DNA of 64,000 nt from Chlamydiales bacterium (GTDB taxonomy: Bacteria; Chlamydiota; Chlamydiia; Chlamydiales; JAAZZY01): NCBI GenBank assembly GCA_965206695.1, contig CBDBKM010000010.1, positions 32,001-96,000 of the forward strand. Reading direction: 5' to 3'. Of this stretch, positions 29,784 through 40,700 are shown in pieces (within the stretch, counting starts at the first letter, position 1; each line of letters starts with the position of its first letter). Both the position numbers and the translations under genes were made by a program. The notes beneath the pieces were generated by a model, which made no database searches, was not told where the DNA came from, and saw only the letters and a list, made by a program, of their open reading frames with translations.

Positions 29784-32114
29784 ATGAAAGTCAAAATTTT
29801 AAAGATTACTCTAATACCTGTTTGTGTGATTGCATTTTTAATTACTTTTATTCTTTTTGGTAGCATGCCCCAAAAGAGTGGTGTAAAAAAAGTGAATGCT
29901 CTAAGTGCCTCTGTTAAAATTATTAGAGATAAGTATGGGGTCGTCAAAATAAAAGGAAAAACAAGAACTGATGTTGCTTATGCTATGGGTTTTGTACATG
30001 CACAAGAAAGATTTTTTCAAATGGATTTATTGAGACGAAAAGGGGCAGGTGAACTTTCAGAGCTATTTGGACAATATACTCTTGAATTTGATAAATTCTT
30101 GAGAATGCATCGCTTTAGAAATCAAGCTAAAATAGTTATGGATACAATGACTATAGAAGAAAAAGAAATACTTTTTTCTTATGCAAAAGGAGTAAATAAG
30201 GGTTTATCCTCTTTAAAATGCAAACCAATCGAATACTTACTACTTAGGGCTAAACCTGAATTATGGACCGCAGAAGACTCACTTTTGGTCGGATATGCGC
30301 TTTTCTTTGCCCTTCAAGATTCGGGAGGAGATTACCCTAGAACACGTGGTGCCATCCAAAAAGTTTTGCCTGAAAAATTATTTTCATTTCTGGTTGACAA
30401 CGGTTCTGAATGGAGTTGCATCCCAGAAGGTCAGAAGACCCCTTTCCAAAAGCTAGATAAAGCAGATTTTATAGCAAAAGAGCAGAAGGAATTAACTGAA
30501 TTTGAAGTAGATGCAGAGGTTAATAAAGGAAGTAATCAATGGGCAGTTGGACCCGAGTTAACTAAAGATGGATCCTGTATTTTAGCTTGTGATATGCACT
30601 TAGACCTGGCTGTTCCAAACACATGGTTCAGGATGTCACTTGATTATTTATCAAGCAATGAGGAATCTGTTTTTGTTTCAGGGGTCACTCTTCCGGGAAT
30701 CCCTTTAATTATCATAGGGAGCAATTTAAACTTAGCCTGGGGATTTACAGCTTCATACATTGATACTACAGACCTAATCGTTCTTGAAGAAGATAAAGAG
30801 AATAAAAACTTATACTTAAGTAGTACGGGTTATAAACCTTTTATCGAGCATCTTGAAAAGATTAAAGTGAAGGGTGAATCTTGCGTACATCAAAAGTATT
30901 TATGGACTGAATGGGGTCCTGTATCACCGAACCTATTTGAAGGAAAGAAAACTGCAATTAAATGGGTTGCTCATGAAAATGATGCTTTCAATTTGAAATT
31001 AAATCTTTTGGAGCGTGCAAGATCAGTGGATGAGGCATTAGAACTATCATCTCAAATTAATATACCGGTTCTAAATTTTATGGCAGTTGATTCTAAGGGA
31101 AACCTTGCATGGACCTATATGGGAAAAATTCCAAATCGCCGGGGTTATGCTCCAGGATTACCCATCTCATACTCAGAGGGAGATAAAAGCTGGTCAGGAG
31201 TTGGAAGTTACTCAGGTAACCTGTATATAAAAAATCCCCCTGAAAAATTTTTGTGTACTGCCAATAATAAAGTTGTCAATCGAGAATTCCTTGGAAAGAA
31301 TTACATGAATGGAATCCGAGCTTTTCAAATAAAAAAGAATCTGGAATTAACGTCTGAACATGACCTTAGCTCAATGAAAAACATACAGTTAGATGAATCA
31401 GCTTTTTTTTTTAAAAGGTGGCAGAAGCTTCTTGCAGGCTGTCTCAGTTCCAAATCTGACGTAGAGCTCCGGCTATTGAAAGAAGTCAATGAATGGAATG
31501 AATTATGCTCATCTGAATCAAAGGGCTATTATTGGGTCAGAGAATTCCGTAAATTATTTTCCAGAACAGTAATTGAGATGTTTATTTCTGATGCAAATAC
31601 TATAACATCGAATTTGAAATGGCATCTACTGGATATGGAAGAGCCCATTTATTTAATTGCAAAGCAAGCTGTTTTTGACTCTAAAGATAGATCTGAAAAA
31701 GATTTTTCAGATTTTATCCAAATTCTTGAGAAAACTAAATTGCAGTTGCTGAAACAATACGAAAGTTCCTCAATTGAGAACTGGGGGCAAAAGAATATTT
31801 TTTCCATTCAACATCCACTTAGCGATGCGTTAGGTCCTTTAACCGGTCTTTTTGATATGCCAAAAACGTCGACTGGGGGGGATGCATATTGCCCAAAAGT
31901 TTGTAGGCCTAAGGTGGGTGCGTCAGTTCGAATGATCACCATTCCTAATAAAAGAGATCAATGTCTAATTAGTATGCCATGTGGGCAAAGTGGCCATTTT
32001 TTATCTCGCCATTACCGAGATCATCATAAACCTTGGCTAGAAGGTAAGTATTTTAAACTAGATTGCGAAGAGCCTGTGGCTACACTTACTTTAATTCCAA
32101 AGTCAATCAAATAA
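29784..32114 (+). CDS. Penicillin acylase / PvdQ-like Ntn hydrolase with N-terminal membrane anchor
   Basis: IIRDKYGV, GFVHAQERFFQMDLLRR, G-SNQWAV beta-chain nucleophile Ser, DMHL, GQSGH. Confidence 0.93.
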   Translation: MKVKILKITLIPVCVIAFLITFILFGSMPQKSGVKKVNALSASVKIIRDKYGVVKIKGKTRTDVAYAMGFVHAQERFFQMDLLRRKGAGELSELFGQYTLEFDKFLRMHRFRNQAKIVMDTMTIEEKEILFSYAKGVNKGLSSLKCKPIEYLLLRAKPELWTAEDSLLVGYALFFALQDSGGDYPRTRGAIQKVLPEKLFSFLVDNGSEWSCIPEGQKTPFQKLDKADFIAKEQKELTEFEVDAEVNKGSNQWAVGPELTKDGSCILACDMHLDLAVPNTWFRMSLDYLSSNEESVFVSGVTLPGIPLIIIGSNLNLAWGFTASYIDTTDLIVLEEDKENKNLYLSSTGYKPFIEHLEKIKVKGESCVHQKYLWTEWGPVSPNLFEGKKTAIKWVAHENDAFNLKLNLLERARSVDEALELSSQINIPVLNFMAVDSKGNLAWTYMGKIPNRRGYAPGLPISYSEGDKSWSGVGSYSGNLYIKNPPEKFLCTANNKVVNREFLGKNYMNGIRAFQIKKNLELTSEHDLSSMKNIQLDESAFFFKRWQKLLAGCLSSKSDVELRLLKEVNEWNELCSSESKGYYWVREFRKLFSRTVIEMFISDANTITSNLKWHLLDMEEPIYLIAKQAVFDSKDRSEKDFSDFIQILEKTKLQLLKQYESSSIENWGQKNIFSIQHPLSDALGPLTGLFDMPKTSTGGDAYCPKVCRPKVGASVRMITIPNKRDQCLISMPCGQSGHFLSRHYRDHHKPWLEGKYFKLDCEEPVATLTLIPKSIK

Positions 32115-32192
32115 ATGTTATTTCAAAAAAATACTGAAGTTTGTATCCTCTTCTTAAAATAACTACTTTAGATTTGAAATTGGAGATTTAAT

Positions 32193-32381
32193 ATGGTGCA
32201 AGATTCCGAAACACCCAACTATTTTGTCGTACAGAATGATGAACTCCAATATTCCATTTGGCCAACATATAGGACAGTTCCTGAAGGCTGGAATGTAATT
32301 GGAAAAGAGAAAACAAAAGACGGGTGTCTTGCATATATTGAGTCGGTTTGGATTGATATGCGGCCATTAAGCGCTAGATGA
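32193..32381 (+). CDS. mbtH: MbtH-like protein
   Basis: NDELQYSIWP..VPEGW..CLAYIESVWIDMRP. Confidence 0.97.
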   Translation: MVQDSETPNYFVVQNDELQYSIWPTYRTVPEGWNVIGKEKTKDGCLAYIESVWIDMRPLSAR

Positions 32382-33175
32382 GAAACCCGATTATGAGTAC
32401 ACAAAATTCACAAATTTTTACAAAACCGTATACTGCTCTTGAGGCAGAACTCTATGATCTTTTAAGGGGCCCTGCTCCTGATTCGGAAATTTCTTTTTAT
32501 CATTCATTGATTAAAAAAAAAGGTGGAATATCCTTGGAACTGGGATCAGGGACAGGGAGACTTATGATACCTCTTCTAGAAAAGGGGATCATAGTAGATG
32601 GGCTAGAATTGTCAAATGATATGATTAAAATTTGTCAAAACTCACTGTCACAGAAAAAGTTGAAAGCCAATCTATATGAAGATGATATGACCAATTTTTC
32701 TCTTCGTGAGAAATATAACTCAATTTTTATTGAGGGTGGAACTTTTATGCTTCTAAAATCTGAAGAGAGCGCACTTAACTGCTTGAGGGCAATCTACAAT
32801 CACTTGAATAGTTCAGGGCAGGTAATTATTGAACTGTTCTACCCCTTAGATGACCTCGAGCTTGCTTCTGATTCTTCATGGCGTTTACATAAAAAAGCCA
32901 TTAATAAGAAAGATAATGCTTACGTAACATGCTCTTATTCAATCGAATGCGATGTTTTAGAGCAAATTATATCAAAGTGGACAAAGTACGATATATTTAA
33001 TGCTTTAGGGCTTATTGGTTCTCAAATAGTTCTTTCTGAATTGAAATGGTATTCAAAAAGGGAATTTTACTTTTTGCTGGAAAAAGTTGGTTTTAGTCAT
33101 ATTGACTGTGTTCATCCGGCAATTCGTGATGAGTCAGATACAAAAACAGTAATGGCGTTTATTGCTATAAAATAA
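32378..33175 (+). CDS. Class I SAM-dependent methyltransferase
   Basis: LELGSGTGR, GLELSNDM, DDMTNF. Confidence 0.9.
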   Translation: MRNPIMSTQNSQIFTKPYTALEAELYDLLRGPAPDSEISFYHSLIKKKGGISLELGSGTGRLMIPLLEKGIIVDGLELSNDMIKICQNSLSQKKLKANLYEDDMTNFSLREKYNSIFIEGGTFMLLKSEESALNCLRAIYNHLNSSGQVIIELFYPLDDLELASDSSWRLHKKAINKKDNAYVTCSYSIECDVLEQIISKWTKYDIFNALGLIGSQIVLSELKWYSKREFYFLLEKVGFSHIDCVHPAIRDESDTKTVMAFIAIK

Positions 33176-33183
33176 CACTAAAA

Positions 33184-33957
33184 GTGAAAATGGATCTTTT
33201 TTTTAACTCTGAATTAATAGATTTAAAATTAATTTCTCTTGTTTGCCTTCCTTATGCAGGAGGATCAAGCAGGATTTTCTATGAATGGAATAAATTCTTA
33301 CCCATAAACTTCCAATTAATTCCATTAGAACTGCGTGGCCGATCTAAGCGAATTAAGGAGTCCTTTTACCAAAATCTTGATGAACTTTTCGATGAGCTGT
33401 TGAACTACTTCAAACAAAATATTAAGGAAGAGTTTATCATTTTTGGACACAGTATGGGGGCTCTAATTGGATTTGAGCTTACTAATTTATTATCCATAAT
33501 TGATTTAAAACCGAGACTGTTAGTTGTATCAGCATGTCAACCGCCAAAACTTCGTATAGCTAGACCAAAGTCAAGCAAGGCAAGTTTATCAGATGAAGAA
33601 TTAATTAAGGTCTTAAAGAAGCTAAATGGAGTGCCTCAAGAAGTTCTGGATAATAAGGAGTTTATGGCTTTTTATCTTCCGATCATTAAAAATGATTTTT
33701 ATCTTCTAGAACAATTGGACGAGAGGTTCAGAAAGCAGGAAATAAAAGTGCAAAGCCCAATTTTAGCAATCGGGGCAAACAGTGATCCGGAAATTCCACT
33801 TCAAACAATTGAGGGTTGGAGGCAGTGCACGGAGAAATCTTTTCATAAAAAAAAATTTCAGGGAGATCATTTTTTTATCAATGATCAGCCTCAAAGAATT
33901 ATCTCAACAATCGAAAAAACTTGCTCTATAGTTGAAAGGGAGAGATTTGGGAGCTAA
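33184..33957 (+). CDS. Type II (editing) thioesterase
   Basis: PYAGG, GHSMG, GDHFF. Confidence 0.95.
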   Translation: MKMDLFFNSELIDLKLISLVCLPYAGGSSRIFYEWNKFLPINFQLIPLELRGRSKRIKESFYQNLDELFDELLNYFKQNIKEEFIIFGHSMGALIGFELTNLLSIIDLKPRLLVVSACQPPKLRIARPKSSKASLSDEELIKVLKKLNGVPQEVLDNKEFMAFYLPIIKNDFYLLEQLDERFRKQEIKVQSPILAIGANSDPEIPLQTIEGWRQCTEKSFHKKKFQGDHFFINDQPQRIISTIEKTCSIVERERFGS

Positions 33958-34744
33958 ATGTAAACCAATAAAAGTTGATCTTTGGAGCTTAAAGTTTGAT
34001 CAAGATGCTTTGAATATAGATCAGAACCTTTTTTTACATATACTTTCTAACGAGGAGAGAGTTAAAGCTGAAAAATACCGAAAATATGAAGACAGAGTGC
34101 GATATACTATATCTCATGCTTTTCTTAGATTAGTTTTAAGTACACAGCTAGATGTTTATGCTAAGACTCTACATTTTGCGACCTCTATTACAGGAAAGCC
34201 TTATATTGACTCCAGATATGGCTTAAAGTTTAATTTATCTCATAGTTACAACTATACGCTTGTGGCGTCTAGTCAAAATGAGCCGGGTGTTGATATTGAG
34301 TATCATAAACAGATAAAAAAATTAGATGACTTAGTCAGATTTGTAATGACTAAAAATGAATTGCACTCTTGGTACACTTTACTTCAGCAAAACTTGACAA
34401 AGTCTTTTTATGACTGGTGGACTTTGAAAGAGGCGCTTCTTAAATGCATAGGCGAGGGCATTACAGGAGAACAGTTTTCAAAAGTTCAAATTTTACCACA
34501 TTTAATGAAAAGTACTCCTTCTGTCTTTAAAATTAATCAGATTCGTTGCTTAATTCAGTCCGTTGATTTGGGCTCAAAAGTTTCAATTGCTTTGGCTGTT
34601 AAAGAGGCCTCGCAAAGAGGCTCATCGTTATCTGTGCAATTGAAAGAAATCTCGTTATCAGGGTTACTTATTGCATTAAACCAACTCAATAAATTTGAAA
34701 ACTTTCATTTGTTACTAAAAAACCAAAAGGCTGGTGTATTTTGA
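33932..34744 (+). CDS. Sfp-type 4'-phosphopantetheinyl transferase
   Basis: GKP, FNLSHS, GVDIE, WTLKEALLKCIGEG. Confidence 0.95.
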   Translation: MKGRDLGAKCKPIKVDLWSLKFDQDALNIDQNLFLHILSNEERVKAEKYRKYEDRVRYTISHAFLRLVLSTQLDVYAKTLHFATSITGKPYIDSRYGLKFNLSHSYNYTLVASSQNEPGVDIEYHKQIKKLDDLVRFVMTKNELHSWYTLLQQNLTKSFYDWWTLKEALLKCIGEGITGEQFSKVQILPHLMKSTPSVFKINQIRCLIQSVDLGSKVSIALAVKEASQRGSSLSVQLKEISLSGLLIALNQLNKFENFHLLLKNQKAGVF

Positions 34745-37700
34745 CTCAAGAAAATCAACATAAGTATAAGGCTTTAGAAAGTCAAAAGGGGCTATGGCTA
34801 AATCAAAAACTAAACCCAAATAGTTTTGCTGACAATATCCTTAGAGGAATCAAATTTGAAGGAAATCTCACAAGCTCTCATATTGAACAGACTCTGGATA
34901 AACTTTTAGAATTACATCCTTCGTTGAGAGGGATTTTTCGTATGGAAGAAGATATCTTGTACCAGCATATTCTAAATAAGCCAAACTATTGTTCTCTGTA
35001 CGATGCAGCAGCATGGACTGATTTAGAAATAACTTCTTTTGCTCAAAATAAGCAAAAAAAACCTTTTGATCTTGGAGAAGAGGTACCTTTTAGGGCGTAT
35101 CTTCTTCAGCGAAAAAGCGAAATTGTGCTCATTTTAGTTATACACCACATCTCAATTGACTTGTGGTCTGAGATCATCCTTTCAGAGCAGTTTTTAAGGA
35201 TTCTACCCTCTGTTATGCAGGATTCGCACCTTGAACTGAAGCAGACGAGTGATTCTTTTGAAGCATTTGTACGGTGCCACGCCGAAAAGCTAACTCAGAC
35301 AAGAATTGATGACCTTCTTAATTTTTGGAAGCCTCATTGCTGGCAAAAGAACGACCCCCTTTCTTTACCTTTTTCAAAAAAGAGGCCTCAAGTTCAAAAT
35401 TATGAAGGGAGTGAGTTAGTCTTAATGCTTTCACCTGAAATATATCTTTCAATAAAAAAGCTGAGTTCAAAGCTTAAGATAAGCGTCTACTCTTTCTTAC
35501 TTACTGTCTTTCAGATTGTTTATTATAAATACTCAGGCGCAAAGGAGATAACCATTGGCTCTACCACAGCAGGACGAAAGCATGCATGTTTCAGAAAGAC
35601 AGTTGGATATTTTATTAATCCTATTCCGATCTTGTTGAGTCTAAAAGGACAGACCCATATTGAAGACTTATTTGAGGAAAACTTCAAAAAAATTCAAAAA
35701 TATCTTAAGCATAGTGACCTACCTTTTCCAACTATGGTAGAGAAGCTTGAAGTAAAAAAGGAACCGAGCTTTCATCCTTTGTTTCAAGTTATGTTTAATT
35801 ATGTTGGTAAATTGCCATTTTGGCAAACTGAGCGAGAAATTAACGTTTCTAAAAAGGAAAAAATAAAACTTTCACCTCTGAAAGTTACTAATTTATTAGC
35901 GCAGTTTGAACTTGTTGTAAATGCTTCAGTGGATGGAAAAGCACTCAATTTATCGTGGCAGTATAATACATCTATTTTTTCAAAAACTGATATTCAAACT
36001 CTAATGTGCGAGTATAAAACATTCGTACATAATATTTTAAATCAAAGTAATCGTTCGCTATATCAGTTGCTTGAAGTGAATGCTTGCTCTGATACACAAA
36101 AAAGTTCTCTTCAGAATTGTGCTAATAAATTCGATTCAATATTTGATTGGTTTGAGGCATCCGTTCATCAAAATTCAAAAAGAGTTGCTATAACAATGGA
36201 GGAAAGAGCTTTTTCTTATGAGGATTTATTTTCAAGAGTCAATCAGATAGCGCATTTCATGAAAAAGAAGGGGATTAAGACAGGGAGTGTAGTAGTTTTA
36301 TACTTAGACCTTAGTGAGGACACTATTGCCTCAGTTCTCGCAATCTCAAAGTTAAACGCAGTATATTTACCATTAGACAAAAACAGTCCGAATCAGAGAC
36401 TAAATAGTATTGTTAAGTCTTGTGATGCGGTTGTTTTAAAATCGTACAAATCGACGTCTCCTTTTGAGTCAGATGTTAAAGTTATTCATCTAGAGGATAT
36501 TAAAAAGGAACAGTTCAAATTAGAAAGAGGAACTAAACAAGCAGGTTTAAACAAAAATCGAATCGCCTATCTTATTTTTACTTCTGGGTCAACTGGAACA
36601 GCAAAAGGGGTAATGGTTCCAAATTCAGCAATTCTCAATTATTTAGAATGGGCAATAAAAACCTATTTTCAGAGTCACATCAAAACTGCAACTTTGTTCG
36701 GTTCACTTGCCTTTGATATGAGTCTGACGGCACTATTTGCTCCATTATTAGCAGGGAAGACTTTAAAAATACTTCTGAGTGAGAACATTGAAGATAATTT
36801 AAAACAACTTGCCTTTGATCGAGAAATTGATCTTTGTAAAATCACGCCGTCTCATTTAGAAGGATTGACTGAGATTGCTTCTGAGGCTAAAGGCTCTTCC
36901 TCGCTTAAATCTATGATTCTGGGCGGAGAAGAATTAAAAACAGCAGTAGCTGAAAAGGCATTATCCTCAATTGGATCCAAAATTAAGATTTATAACGAAT
37001 ACGGCCCTACTGAGGCTACAGTAGGTTGTATGATTCATCAATTTACTCAAAATGAAAATAAGAAGGCTTCTGTCCCGATCGGAATACCGATTCAAAATGC
37101 ACAAATTTATGTGATGAATGAAGATTTACAAATCCAGCCTTATGATGTGCCGGGTGAACTTTATATTTCAGGAGAGGGGTTAGCTTGGGGGTACTTGAGA
37201 CAGCCTGTCGAAACAGCAAAGAAATTTATTCCTCATCCATTTATTTCAGGCAAAAGAATTTATAAAACCGGGGACTTAGGAGTAAAAAGAGCAAATGGGA
37301 TAATTGAGTATATAGGACGGATCGATTCCCAGCTTAAGATTAGGGGGTATCGAATTGAAAAAAGAGAAATTGAGTATGTTATTCACCAAGTTGACTTAGT
37401 TAAAGAAGCTCTAGTTCTAATGAGCCAGGGTAAATTAATTGCTATTATTATAGCAAAGGTTAAAAACAAAACTGAATTTCTTGATCAGGTTAAAAAAAAG
37501 GTAAACTCTTTATTACCTAAATATATGGTTCCTGATCATTTTATTTTGATTGATCAGTTACCCCTCTCCCCAAGTGGAAAAGTGGATCAACCCACTCTAA
37601 AAAAAATAATTACTGAAGTTCGTGAAGAAAAAAAACAAATCCCTCTTATCGGAAGTCTTGAAAATTCTCTAGGTCAAATTTGGTCGGAAATTTTAAAAGT

Positions 37701-40700
37701 GAATTTAGGCACAATAAGTCGAAATGACAATTTTTTTGATTTGGGAGGAGATTCCGTAAAGCTGCTTCAAACTGTTTCAAGAATAAGGCGTCTAGGCTAT
37801 GAGTGTGAATATAATGTATTTTTTGATTATCCAACAATTCAAGAACTTGCTTCAGAGCTAAAACCTAGATCTAACTCTTTTTTAAATTCTCCTAAAAGTG
37901 CGTATTGTCAATCTCCTGAACTGAAGGCTCTAAACTCTGAATTGAGTAAAAAGCATCAGCAAGCATTTCCTCTTACATCTATCCAAAAAGGAATCTTGTT
38001 TCACTATAAAAGTAGCCCTGCAAGTTTAGCTTATCTAGAGCAATTAGAGTGTACATTCAAGGGGGATTGGTGTTTAGATTCTTTTGAGAAGGTTTTATCA
38101 GCTCTCCAAAAGAGGCACCAAGTGTTAGATTCAAAGTTACTTGATATAGATACGGGGGAAGCTTTAACCATTTTAGGTGTTGGTCACAAAATTCCATTCT
38201 CTGTATCTGACTTAAGTTGTAAGAGTCAAGCTGAGCAAGAGCATCTGATTGAACAGTACAAAATTGCAGATCTAGAGCAAGGATTCAATCTGTATTCTGA
38301 GCCACCTTTAAGAGTATCTTCATTTAAATTGAGCGCGACAGAGATAAAGTTAATTTGGTGCGCGCATCACATTGTACTTGATGGATGGAGTTTAACCATT
38401 TTGTTAAAAGACTTCTTTTCAATGTATTCTACATATCCACAGAAATTTTCGAATGACTTGAAAAATGGAAGGTTTGAGTATAAAGATTTTATACATTGGT
38501 ATATGGGCTCTGATAAAAGCAAAGCAGTCAATTTTTGGAATAATTATTTAAAAAATGTAACGAGTCCATCATTTGTACTTGGAAATTCTTCTCAATCACC
38601 AATTTATTCCTTTGGCCAGCTCTCAAGAGAGATTCCAATGAGAAACCTCGTTTCATTATTAAAGATACTTAACTCGAATAGAATTACGCTAAATGCCTTT
38701 TTACAAGCAGCTTGGGGTGTTTTATTGGCTAAGTGGAACCTTCAGAAGAAAGTAGTATTTGGGACGGTTTCTAACTTTAGACCTATTGACCTTGAAAACA
38801 TTGAAAATGCTGTAGGATTATTTGTAAACACCTTACCTGTTAGGGTAAATATTAAAAATCAAGCACGCCTTCTTGATATCGTTAAAAAAGTTCAAAAAGA
38901 TTTTCTAGAAGCTCAGCCTAACAATTTTATTTCACTTAGTGAAATTATTCAGCGTAAAAATCACCCTCCCAATCTTATCAATCATCTCTTGATATTTGGC
39001 AATTATCCAAAGGCGACACTTGAAAAAGAAAATAAAGATAGAAACTTTAGCCTGTCTAATTTTAAGATGCGTGAACAAACAAATTATGATTTTAACCTCT
39101 ACATTAACTCACAAGAAGAGGGCAAAAATAAGAATCCTTGTTTAGAACTGAATTTTATTTTTAACAAGAATGTTTATTCCGAACAGCAAATCAATGAAGT
39201 CGCAGGCTCCTTTACCACATTAATTTCTGAGACAGATTTGTTAAATAAGCACTTCGGTGAGCTAGAATATACAGCGTTTCAAAGAGCTAGATGCCTTCAT
39301 TTAACAAAAAAAACTAAGTGTGATCCTTTTATAAAGCCTTTGATCAAAATTTTTGATACCAAGGTTAAAACCATACCTCATGAAGTTGCATTATTTTATA
39401 ATAATCGTAGCTATACCTTTCATTATATCGATGATATGAGCACTCGTTTAGCAGGATTTTTCCAAAAGAATGGGGTTAAGAAAGGGGACCTTGTAGCTTT
39501 GATCCTTCCACGCTCTATTGATACTGTTTGTGCTATCCTAGCAGTCCTTAAATCAGGAGCTACATATCTTCCAATTGCTCCTCAAACACCAAAAATACGC
39601 ATTGAGCAGATTTTTATGACTTCTAAATGCTCTTTTCTGCTCACTGAAAAACTGCTTCCATTAAGCAACAAGATAACACAGTTTATTTATGATCTAGAAG
39701 CTTGGAAAAATTTCTCAGAAAACTTTCAGCCTATAACTTCTGACCTTAATCAACTTCTGTATGTCTTATTTACGTCAGGATCTACAGGCAAGCCTAAAGG
39801 AGTTATGGTTGAACAAAAAAGTGTGCTCTCTTTACTTACTCATTTAGAGGGGAAATATCCCCTTAAAAAAGGAGACGCCTTTCTATTAAAAACATCCTAC
39901 ACTTTTGATATTTCCTGTCCGGAACTCTTTTCTTGGATTCTAGGGTCAGGGAAACTCATAATTTCAGAAGAAAATGATGAAAAAGATCCTGAAACAATAG
40001 CTGATGTAATCATCAAGTACAAAGTGACTCATATTAATTTTGTTCCCTCAATGCTTCATATTTTTCTAGAGGTCCTTGAGCCTAAAAAACTCCAAGAGGT
40101 TTTTCATAATTTACGTTATGTTTTTTCGTGTGGTGAGCCCCTTCGTCTAGATACCATCAAGAAGTTTTATTCAATTACTCAGGAGGTCTGCCTCGTAAAT
40201 CTTTATGGACCAACAGAGGCAACAGTTTATGCTACAGAAGAAGAATGTGATCCAAATGCTACGGTTGTTTCTATCGGGTTCCCTATTAAGGGGATTTCAG
40301 CGCATCTCTTAGATGATGAATTAAATGATGTGCCACCAGGGGTTATTGGAACACTTTATTTAGAAGGAGTAGGTTTAGCAAGAGGATATTTAAATGAACC
40401 TAGGCTAACAGCAGAAGAATTCATTCCTTCTAAAAAGCAATACGGGCAGCTCATGTATAATACTGGAGATAAGGCTACTTTCACTTTTGATGGCAAGCTC
40501 TTATTCAAAGGAAGAAATGATTGTCAAGTAAAAGTAAGAGGTTATCGAGTCGAAATACAAGAGATTGAGCATCATTTATCTAGCTTCGAAGGAATTAAAG
40601 TGTCTGTTGTTAAACCTTTTAAAAACCAAGGAGCTATGGACTTAGTAGCTTACTATGTTCCCAATCGAACTATAAAGATAAATGAGATCAGTGCCTTTCT

